Source: Eledone cirrhosa | Lineage: Eukaryota | Assembly (NCBI GenBank): GCA_964016885.1 | Contig: OZ024741.1 | Location: 384,586,001-384,650,000 of the forward strand | Reading direction: 5' to 3' | Length of the DNA stretch: 64,000 bases | Shown here: positions 53,789 through 64,000 of the stretch, in pieces | How positions within the stretch are numbered: the first letter of the stretch is position 1 | Layout of the letters: each line of letters opens with the position of its first letter | Notes under the pieces: model-generated | Told to the model about the DNA's origin: nothing | What the model saw: the letters and a program-made list of their open reading frames with translations, nothing else | Database searches by the model: none | Translations under genes and position numbers: made by a program

Positions 53789-55379
53789 GAAATGACTTTT
53801 CCACCCTGAAGTATGTATATTTTCCTGAATATTTTTTTTGCTTTATATATGTGTACAAAATACTATGTTTCTCAAATGATTTATGATTCCCCCCCCCCCC
53901 TCTCTCTATATATATAAAAAAGAATATATATATATATTCTTTTTTTTTTATTTGAATTATTGATGCTCTGAACCAAGGTCCATTGGGTTTATTTATTAAG
54001 AAATATGACCATCATACATAATAATAATATATATTGATACCTTAACATAGTATATATATGTATATATGGAGGGGTGAGTGTGTTTGTGTTTATATAATAT
54101 GTATGTTTGTATGTATGTATCTCTGTATGTATGATAGATAGATAGATAGATAGATAGATAGACGTATTTATGCGTACTTTTGTGTATAAATGTATATAGA
54201 AATAGAAGTGTCTAGCTGTGTTGTGTTAGCGCAAATATATAAAATATTGATTTCTTGACTGAAGAATGTGTCCCATCAAAGAATTTACTGATCGAAATAT
54301 AATCTTTATTATCTCTATGGACTTTTGAATGAAAGTTTGAAAATAACAAAAGTTAAACTCACAAGAATCTCTCGTCATGTGAGGTCAGGTTGGGGTTTGA
54401 CAGAGGGAGACGAGTATCATGTGGTAATATTTCTACGAACTATTGTACAGCTAACCTCTTGAGAGAATGTCAAAAGTTTAATACACTGTCAAAGATTTCC
54501 TTCGCTCAATTTGCTTCCGTCAGCAAAGTTCACCTGTCTAAATAATCAGAGAAGAATTAAAAGGAAACGAAGTTCTCTGAGGATGATACAATGAGTTGTT
54601 CGGACCTGTATGTGCTGATCGTATCCAAATACGTTTGTTAGTGTCATACAAAAAAACCGATCACGTTATTGTAACTGTCTTTATAACATCACCGTATATT
54701 TTTCATCTCTCACTACTAATGAAAACTGATATCCTTATATGGTCCCGTGGCAGTAATAGTTAGAGAAATTGAAAAGATTTATTCAATGACAGTAACCTGG
54801 TTTCTATACCAGTTAATATATTGTAATACACCAAAATAACACACATCACTGCAGTTATTGAAGGGAATGCTGAAATATTTAATAAAACATGAAATTGGTT
54901 TCTCTAACACAAAAACTCATCCATTGAAAGACATCGACAATTCTTACAGACATATTATGTTTGCCAGTCTGGATATATGTGGACATTTTTAGTTTTATTG
55001 TAAACTTCTACAATAATATTTACTTACGTTGTAGCTTCTTTAACGATGAACAAAATCGAAAGACATAATAAAGAAAGAAAAAAAGAAAGGTAGAAAGAAA
55101 GAAAGAAAGTGAAAAGAAAGACATGTGAAGAAATAAAATGAAAAGAAAGAAAGAAAGAAAGAAAGGCTAGATATGAAGAACAATTAGAAATAGGAAATAT
55201 AGGGGCGAAGCGTTGAAAAATGTATGAGAAAAAAAGGAAGCGTGTGTGAAGGGAACGAATTGGGGAGCAATTTAAAATAGAAAGATTTCAATGAAACACC
55301 AATCTCACAAAAACTAGTCTCTCTCTCGCTCAATGTTTGTATATTTGTATCTCACTCTTATAATTTAAATGAAAAATAA

Positions 55380-55455
<76 letters not shown>

Positions 55456-55573
55456 AAACGTTTGTATATGTATAATAAAGCCAAAACAATGCAGGTATGG
55501 ACATAGAATAAAGAATGCAAATGCAAAAGATATTGTTGACAATTAGTCTTTTACCTTAGATTTATTTAAATGT

Positions 55574-55608
55574 CCTTAATTTTCGAGATAATATCTCTTC
55601 TTCGGAGG
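55574..55608 (-). ncRNA. Degenerate minimal hammerhead (CCGAAGA core) in an insert between (TA)n tracts
   Basis: Sense: cct CCGAAGA a gaga tatta tctc GAAA AT TA agg. Confidence 0.5.
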
Positions 55609-55673
55609 GAAGTAAAGCGGTTAAACCAGTGTTCTAAATAGCTTGCCAAGTCATGCTGAAACTTCCTCCCTCC

Positions 55674-55707
<34 letters not shown>

Positions 55708-55769
55708 GTGTGTGTGTTCTGTTAGGTACAAAATGAAGGTGTCACGGGACCCAGCCCACACAGTAAAGT

Positions 55770-55990
55770 GGTTGTAAGGTCTCACGGCAAAAAGCACCTA
55801 GTCCACACTGTAAATGTAGTTAGCATTAGGAAGGGCATCCAGCCATAGAAACGAAGCCAGAAACAGTTCTGTATGAGCAAGACATGGTCACCTGATTTGA
55901 CTTGTCTACAACGGGGCCACTCGTCCAACCCATGCTAGCGTGAAAAAATGGACGTTAAACGGTGATGATGATGATGATGATGATGATGAT
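55770..55990 (+). mobile_element. SINE 3' part with a (GAT)n tail (family C)
   Basis: gcattaggaagggcatccagcc...ccaacccatgctagcgtgaaaaaatggacgttaaac followed by (GAT)n. Confidence 0.65.
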
Positions 55991-56016
55991 ACACACATAC
56001 ACTCACACCATATATA

Positions 56017-56121
<105 letters not shown>

Positions 56122-56759
56122 TACTCTCTAGTAATTTGAGTAATCGTATCTCTAAATATTTGTAAGTCCGCTATCCATGTATTGTACGACCCTAAGCACT
56201 CTACTTTTTTTTATGAAAATACTTTTTGTGTGACATTTAGTTTTGGAGTAATTAGAAGTATATAGTGTCAAAATTCCAACGTGCTTTTGTTAAATATTAG
56301 TAAATAGGAGTTTTTGGTCCCGTAACTCTTAATAGAGTCGTAGAGGTACCGTATTGACGTATGGCGGTTCTTGGGCATTTTAAGCCTGGCGGATAAGAAG
56401 AATCGACCCCAGTACTAGACTAGTACTTTTTTATCGACCTCGTAAGGATAAAAGGTATAGTTGAGTTCGGTGGTATTTGAACTCAGAGAGAAGAGAGCCG
56501 GATACTATAAAGCATTCTATTCGACGTTCTAATAACTGCCAATTCGCCGCCATAAATAGAAGTTACTACTGTTGAAAACAGTAACCAAACTTGATTATAT
56601 ACAACTGGAATGTTGCAGTCGTCTTCTCGTGCCTTCTCTTCATTCTGAACCTTACAACATCAAGGGAGTTGATCCGAGCTATTTGAGTGCACGGTCTATC
56701 GCAATATCCGTAGTCTACAATGTATAATGACCTGACCTGACCTTACCTGTCTACCGGAT

Positions 56760-57770
56760 TAAGGTTAAGATTAAAAGTTAAGATTAAAAGTTTAGGATAA
56801 TTGTTAGTGTTAGGGTTATGGTTAGTGTTAAAATTAGGGTTAGAGTTAGATGAGAGTTAGGGTTGGTGTTAGGATGAAGGTTAGTGTTAGATGAGGGTTA
56901 GAGATAGATGAGGGTCAAGTTTAGGGCTAGTGTTAAGGTTAAGGTTATGTTAGGATGAGGGTTAGTGTTAGATGAGGGTTAGGGTGAGGGTCAGTGTGTG
57001 AGTTAGGATATAGTGTTACGGTTAGGTTTTGCTTTAAAGTGTGTGTGCTAGGATTAAGGTTAGTGTTATGGTTTGGGTTGGTGTTAAGATTTGTGTTAGG
57101 TTTAGGGTTAGTGTTAGACTTAGAGTTAGGTTTATGGTTAGGGTTAGTTTTAGTGTTCGGGTAAAAGGTTTATGGTTAAGGTAAAAGGTTTTGTTTAGGG
57201 TTAGGGTAATGATGTTATGTTTAGGGTTAGGATTAGGATTAAGTTTAGTGTTAAAATTAGGGTGAAGTTTAGGGTTATGCTTAGCAGTTAAAGTTTTTGT
57301 TAGCTTTAGGATTAGAGTTATGGTTTATTGGTTAGAGGTTAAGGTTAGGGATTACATTTAAGGTTAGAGTTAGGCTTAGGTTTATGGTAGGGTTTACTGT
57401 TAAGATTAGGTTTGGCGTTAAGTTTGGGATTAGGCTTAAGTTTAGAGTTGGATTTAATATTAGGGTTAATGGCAGTGCTAGTATTAGGGTGAGGATTAGG
57501 TTTAAGGTTAGATGTTGTTCCAAAGTTAGGGTTAGGGTTTGATTTAGTGCTATGTTTAGCCATAGGCTTAGGTTTATGTTTTGGGTTGTGATTAAGATTA
57601 GGATTAGGATTATTGTCAAGGGGTTAGGTGTTAATGTTAATGTTCGTTCTAGGGTTAGAGTTAGGGCTAGATTTAGGTTTAAGGTTATGCTTAGGGCAGG
57701 GTTAGGGTTAGGATTAAGGTTAAGGTTGCGGTTAGTGTTATGTTTAGGAATAAGTTTAAGGTTAGGATTA
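56760..57770 (+). repeat. Degenerate TTAGGG-type hexamer array (interstitial telomere-like repeat)
   Basis: About 1 kb of ttaggg/ttaggt/ttagtg/ttaagg variants. A short CCCTAA run also occurs at 5642-5665. Confidence 0.9.
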
Positions 57771-59024
57771 CCACAATACAAATTTCTAATTTCTCAATGT
57801 TTCATCATCTAACCATCTATTCTTTAAACTTCTAACTTCATGCTTAAATATTCTAAGAAGAAGACAATTATTTGTCCCATAATGGCATAGTGGTTAACCA
57901 CACTCGCCCAGCATAAGAAAAAAACATTGTACGATTCCCCGTAGGCATCTCTTACACTCTCATTGTATTTATGTTGTCCGATTTATTCAACTATATTTAT
58001 AGTTAACAACTTCCTTTTGTGAGTATAGGGGTGGGGGATTATTTGGATTGCTGCGTCTATATTTTCAAATATATACATATGTACTTTTAAAACAGCATAT
58101 TTCATAACTCGCCTGGTATGATACCACAATAATATAGAAAGAAAAACATATTCTAAAAGAAAGACTTTTTTGTTGTTCTTATTGTTATATAACAAATTTA
58201 GAACTTTCTTACTCGAATGGTTTTCTGAAATGTCCTTTCTATAATACTGTGAGACAAAGATACAAAATAGAACAAAATGTCTGAAACACCAGAATGTTAA
58301 GGAAAAACGTTAGCATCACCAATCAATTCTCTATCAATTTCCGTATTTGACTTTCTTCTTCTCACTTCGCGTAGTATCAAATTTCATTTACAAAATGTCA
58401 TGACCAGAAATAATGGAAACTTACTGCATATAAATATAAATAAACGAATAGTGAATTGTGAAAAAAAACAGCACATTGGAGTCAGCTGACATATTGACCT
58501 GTTCAATAAAACATATTTCCGACGCTGAATATATTAAAGCATGGTATACCAAAAGAGTTACGTGAATAAAAAATATATTACACTGAAAATGAAACCTATT
58601 ACATTACATTCTGATACATAATAGAACAGCAATATACAATTAGATTATTTTGACCGAATGTACATGCAATGAAGAAAATGTAATCTAAGTGCATGTTTGA
58701 AGCGTGTGATATACCTAACACGTTATTACAAGTTTGTGCGTGAGAGAGTGCGAGAGAGAGTGTATGTGTGCATATATATATGTGTGTGCGTGTGTGTGAG
58801 AGTATGTGTGCGTGTTTGTGTGTGTGTGAGTATGTGTGCGTGTGTGTGCATGTGTGTGTATTTGACAAAGTAAGAAAGAACAGATAGATAGAAACTAGAA
58901 AGAATGTTTTATACCCCTGCATATACATACGTACATATACATAGTTTATCAAATGCCAAAACATCCATTGGTGAGAATAAAAGCTAGACAAACTAATATT
59001 ACAATGTTTCGCTCATATCGTCTG

Positions 59025-59113
59025 CCCAACTGCAGTTTCTAGAATTAAGAAACAATATTAATTATCCTAATAAATTAAGACAACCAATATTGCAAGATTC
59101 CTTCATCAGAGGG
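59025..59113 (-). ncRNA. Type-I hammerhead with a long AU-rich stem II
   Basis: Sense: ccct CTGATGA aggaat..caatattggttgtc ttaatttattag gataattaatattg..attcta GAAA CTGCAG TT ggg. Confidence 0.72.
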
Positions 59114-59225
59114 ATTCTTTGTAAGTAGAAAAATATTTAATAGATAGTATAGTTTTTCTAGCTTGTATTCCCTCCTCCCACCTATGGTTGTTTTATCTTT
59201 ATATTGTTTATATATATATATATAT

Positions 59226-59951
59226 AAATTAGAATTGGTGCTCTGAAATAGCGATATATATATGAATGTATATATAGTGTATTTTGCAATACACTGTATG
59301 CTTAATTAAAAACATTTCGAAGACCTTACGCTATTGTTTTAGAGTAGTGACAGTCTCACTTTCTTTAAATTTTCAGCAAACAGGGGAGATAAAGCTGACA
59401 GAGCTCTGTTTCGTACTGATTGGTACTTATCAAAGCCAAGTACTCCACCTGTTTGCTGAAAATCATGAATGTTTGATTCTTATAGAATTCTAATAATAAT
59501 CAGGAACTGATTATACAGAGCGGTTGCCGGTCAAGCAGAAATTGAAAATTAGAATTGGTGCTCTGAAATAGCGCAAGGTCTTCGAAATGCTTTTAATTAA
59601 GCATACAGTGTATTGTAAAATACACTATATATACATGCATATATATATCGCTATTTCAGAGCACCAATTCTAATTTCCAATTTCTGCTTGACCGGCAACC
59701 GCTCTGTATAATCAGTTCCTGATTATTACTAGAATTCTATAAGAATCAAACATTCATGATTTTCAGCAAACAGGTGGAGTACTTGGCTTTGATAAGTACC
59801 AATCAGTACGAAGCAAAGTTCTGTCAGCTTTATCTCCCCTGTTTGCTGAAAATTTAAAGTAAGTGAGACTGTCACTACTCTAAAACAATAGCGTAAGGTC
59901 TTCGAAATGCTTTTAATTAAGCATACAGTGTATTGCAAAATACACTATATA
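59226..59951. mobile_element. Foldback of a circularly permuted ~320-bp unit with U3-A8 hammerheads at 59393-59437 (minus, intact) and 59785-59829 (plus, GAAA changed to GAAG)
   Basis: Sense: ggct TTGATAA gtac caatca gtac GAAA cag agct ctg TC agct. aattagaattggtgctctgaaatagcg is repeated at 59227 and 59547. Confidence 0.85.
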
Positions 59952-59976
59952 TGAATGTATATATAGTGTATTCATA

Positions 59977-60027
<51 letters not shown>

Positions 60028-60030
<3 letters not shown>

Positions 60031-60256
60031 AGGTAAACAGAAATAACAACACAATCGGTACAGTATATGGAAGGAATATATTAGGTTAACGTTTGATATA
60101 GCAGGAAGAGGGTCTTAACGTTTCGAACGCAAGTCCTTCATCAGAAGAAAAAAATGTCTTTAGATAAAAATAACAGGTTCATTCATGTTGACATCTCTTG
60201 GAAAACTGTTGATGCTGGTGTTTTGTATATGAAAAGTATATATATAAACGAAAAGA

Positions 60257-60340
<84 letters not shown>

Positions 60341-60466
60341 TCTCATTCTTTCTTCTGATGAAGCACTAGCGTCCGAAACGTTAAGACCTTCTTCCTGCTA
60401 TATCAAGCGTTAACCTAATATATACCTTCCATATACTGTACCGATTATGTTGTTATTTCTGTTTAC

Positions 60467-60471
<5 letters not shown>
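60028..60471. ncRNA. Foldback insert (arms ~60028-60150 / 60349-60471) with minimal hammerheads at 60113-60148 (minus) and 60351-60386 (plus)
   Basis: Consensus tctt CTGATGA a ggac tagc gtcc GAAA CG TT aaga. Confidence 0.82.
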
Positions 60472-60517
<46 letters not shown>

Positions 60518-60522
60518 TCTTT

Positions 60523-60767
60523 TCGTTTTTAAACCGTAACACATGGTGAAGTTGTAGGGGCGTTGTCGTAACATTTGGCGTTTCTTGGACATTTTAAACC
60601 TGGCGTAGCCCATCCATTCTCAAAGTCTGTACATTCTCTTTTTTCTTCTTAGGAAGAAATTGGCTGTGTTCAAATCTGGAGAGGAGATGGACTCAGTTAG
60701 ATTTTAAATACCTGAGAAACGCCAATGCCTCTACAACTTCACCAGGTCTTACGGAATAAAAACGAGA
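60523..60767. repeat. Diverged foldback insert between (TA)n tracts
   Basis: ccgtaa..tggtgaagttgtag..ttggcgtttct / agaaacgccaa..ctacaacttcacca..ttacgg. Confidence 0.7.
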
Positions 60768-60768
60768 C

Positions 60769-60812
<44 letters not shown>

Positions 60813-61407
60813 TGTGTGTGTGTTTATTTATGTATGTATATATAACAGTATTGTTAGCTATGTAATAAGTGCATTGTGAGATATGTAATAAGTGATAAGA
60901 ACTTCAAAACTCCGGTACAATGAAGATAGTATATATATAAAGTTTGTATTGGAGGAAATGATGACAAATAAAACGAAAAAATTTACGCAGTATATTTCAT
61001 CCTAATATTTCAAATAAACGAAAAACGATATAACCTCTCTTAACAGATCTTTCCTGTGTTTTGTGTGAATTGCACATACGTGGAGCAGTCATAAATGGCA
61101 CTTCGTACGGTGTAATTCCGTTCTATTGTTTTCAGTACGTTTACAAATAATTATTTCTACTTTTGGCACAAGGCCAGCAATTAACCCAGTGCATTACTGG
61201 TACTTTATTTTATCGACCCCGTAAGGAGGAAAGCCAAAGCTAACCTCGGCGGGATTTGAACTCAAACCGTAAAGGGCCGTAACTCTATGCTGCAAAGCAT
61301 GGTGTCCGACCCTCTACCGATACTGCCAAACACACACATCTGAAAACACACACATTTGCATGCAAGCACACACACATACACAGAATCTTATAAACATATA
61401 GACACAC

Positions 61408-62363
61408 TATACAGAATACCAACTGAGAAAGACAAGATATAGAGAAATATACACACAGTTTACAAATAATGCTTCCTTAATTATTAAATCCCCAACATTC
61501 CTCTCCGTTGCATCTATGGTGACCTCAATGACACCTTGTTTCAGCTCTGACGCAGCGAGGGTAGCGACAAATACACCAGCACGGAAGAATTCCAAAGAAT
61601 TCTCACTGAAAATGGCTATCCAACTTCCCTCACCAAACATCGAGATGCCAAAGCACCCCTTAAGAGAACAAGAACAAGTGCCACTATGGACAGCATATGC
61701 TATCAAAAGCTGCTACATTTCAGCGGGTGGATGACCGCAACCTCCCGACAAGCTATCCTTAGGGAGGGTCTGAACATACAACTGGCACACTTGGAATCCT
61801 ACCTGAGGAGATTACTCACCAAATCCGGAGCGGCATACAACGATATATGCACACTTCCTAACTGCCCCATCAACAACGCGAAAGTGTCTATGAGAATGTA
61901 TGTGGTCTACAGGGTCACGTTTCAAACATGATGAAATATACTGGGTAAAAAAGATCATTTTGTTTTATTTGTAATCCTTTACTCCCACGGGGTATTCCCC
62001 TGAGTCCTTTACTCCCACGGGGTATTCCCCTGAGTCAAAAACAAAAAAAAACATTTTTTTTCATTCTCGGATTTTTCATTTTGTTTCTTCCTAACTACTA
62101 TGCAATTATACACCTGATGATGTCACTAGGTTCATACGTAGCCTAGCCAGTGAAATGTGCATAGTGTTTGCAGTAATAAAACCTGTCCGGCCTCCTGTCA
62201 TTTTACCCTATAATATAATTTAATTCCATTCCTGCACCAAAAACAAGATTCAACATCAAAGATCGATGAGATACTTAACGTCAAGCGCTTTTACAATACT
62301 ACATCATGGTTTACTTCGAGGAAAGACCAATTCTATCCAGTGGTAAACCACCAAATTCAAGCG
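61408..62363 (+). mobile_element. Decayed PLE fragment (RT thumb/linker to GIY-YIG start), pLTR hammerhead at 62110-62167, and 3' tail
   Basis: FQRILTENGYP...ICTLPNCPINNAKV..MYVVYRVT. HHR acac CTGATGA..ctagg..cctag..GAAA TGTGCA TA gtgt. The tail is homologous to 37066-37230 and 29563-29740. Confidence 0.75.
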
Positions 62364-62806
62364 TATATATATGTATGTACGTATGTATGTATGTGTCTAT
62401 GTATGTATATATATATGTGTGTGTCAGGTCGCTCTCGAGTGCTACTGGTAACGTGTAGCCCAGTCCAGCCTGTCTCATGGTCGGGTCGTCGGGGACTAAA
62501 GCGGCAACCCACCAAGCTAGCTTGGTGAGGAGGGCGATATTTGGACACCCTGAGGGATGAAATACAAGACCCAGCAAAAGACGGAGGAACTCAGCAGAGT
62601 TAACGGCCAAATAGTAGGTTTTTTCGATGCTCAGACAGTGGGATTGGTTGAGTGCAAGGCCTTTCCCTACTTAAAAAACCTTCAAAGCGCAGGCATTGCT
62701 TGTTCGGGATATGTTACAGGTTCGTGTGGCTGGTCATAGCCTAAGAGTGCACCAAACTCTATAATCTGACAAGGTATTGCAATACTCTTAGAGTTTGCAG
62801 CACTCA

Positions 62807-62851
<45 letters not shown>

Positions 62852-63109
62852 GTATATGGGTCATACAAACATTCGTTCTTTCTTCCAGAGAAGAAGAGAG
62901 AGAGTGGGATGAGAACAAGACAGAGGCAGGACAACCTCAGTATTGCACCGGAACATTTTTTATCAACCTCGAAAGGATGAAAGGCAAAGCTGACCTCAGT
63001 GGACTTTGACCTCAGAGAGCAGAGAGCCCGGAACAAAAACCGCAAAGCATTCTATCTGATGTCCTAACGATTGTCATTTGCTACTTCTTTACATACACAT
63101 ATGTGATGT

Positions 63110-63156
<47 letters not shown>

Positions 63157-63599
63157 GTGTGTGTGTGCTGTTGTTAGTGATAATAAAATTACCTTTTCTT
63201 TCTTATTTCATTACAACAAATTTTTTCGTATGCCTCTTGCTATGACAAAGAAACAGTTCTTTCATTTAGTTCGTAACAAGTATTTGTCTGTTGAATGCTT
63301 TTCGTTTTCTGTGTTTTGGGGGCGTAACTTTCTGTTGTGATTGTAGAAGCCATTGTTTACAATATCTCTGAAGGGAATCACAAAAATGTCAGAAACACCC
63401 ACTTTCTTCGTTTATTATGATTTTTTAAAAATAAACAATAAATCATAGAGAGTGTGTCTTAAACCAAGTAAAGAAAACATTTTTATTCGCTTTGAATAAA
63501 ACGGCAAAATTATGCAAACCTTTCAGGTATCAGGAGCCAATAAAGAAGGCGTGTTGACATGGCAGCAGCAGCAACAGCTTATAATAATAATAATAATAA

Positions 63600-64000
63600 A
63601 TTTCAGAAGTTCCATTTACTGCTGAAATGAAAAACACAGAAAAAGAAAGGTAGGTAAAAGTAACTGCAAAGAAAGAACTGCTACAGAAACTGACTAAGAA
63701 AAGCCTCTGTATGGAAAATACCCAAAAAGAGCTAACAATCCTGATGTTGACAAAACTTTAACCCATCAGTGGTTGGCATCCTCTGGACTGAAATAGGAGA
63801 CTGAAGGACTGATTATATCAGCACAAGATCAGTGTCTGCCAACAAAAAATTACCAAGCCAACATAATAAAAAATGGATGCAGCCCATTATGCCGTGTATG
63901 CAAAAAACAACCATGGACCATTGACCATATAATTTCAATGTGCAGTCTTATAACTCCAACCGAATACCTAAACAGGCACGACAGAGCTGCACAATACATA
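63600..64000 (+). pseudogene. R4/Dong-type LINE fragment after (TAA)n; runs off the window
   Basis: KPLYGKY...THQWL..SGLK*ETEGLIISAQDQCLPT.NY...CRVC....WTIDHIISMC...EYLNRHD. Confidence 0.85.

Noticed and set aside
53336-54640. Extra CTGANGA strings at ~53341, ~54259 and ~54576
   Set aside because: No intact GAAA-stem III-TH with a complementary stem I; at most highly decayed.
57332-57812. LTL/NPN-rich ORFs
   Set aside because: Translations of the degenerate TTAGGG array.
61975-62036. 30-bp perfect tandem duplication
   Set aside because: Local slippage inside a decayed PLE; no wider pattern.

Overview
Eukaryotic, AT-rich, microsatellite-dense DNA made almost entirely of mobile elements. The SINE repertoire looks like an octopus/cephalopod genome (inference). 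No host protein-coding gene can be supported; there are only two weak exon candidates. Recognisable elements: three young 5'-truncated Tx1-type (L1-clade) LINE copies, two with TSDs; at least four Penelope-like element (PLE) remnants with RT and/or GIY-YIG sequence; RTE, RTE-X and R4/Dong-type LINE fragments; a decayed mariner; a pogo-type MITE; a Helitron/HINE-like element; more than 25 tRNA-derived SINE copies; and a ~1-kb degenerate TTAGGG array. The main signal not explained by the ORF track is a swarm of about 20 type-I hammerhead ribozyme (HHR) motifs from more than 10 unrelated sequence families. They sit in short non-coding inserts, mostly in (TA)n tracts. Most inserts are head-to-head foldbacks (HHR on the minus strand in the left arm, plus strand in the right arm), often with a one-sided tail sharing a T(T/C)GAGT(A/G)CT motif. 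A few are ~470-520 nt direct-repeat, retrozyme-like units. Three unrelated families carry the compensatory U3-A8 core (UUGANAA). All folds were read by eye; none was computed or tested.
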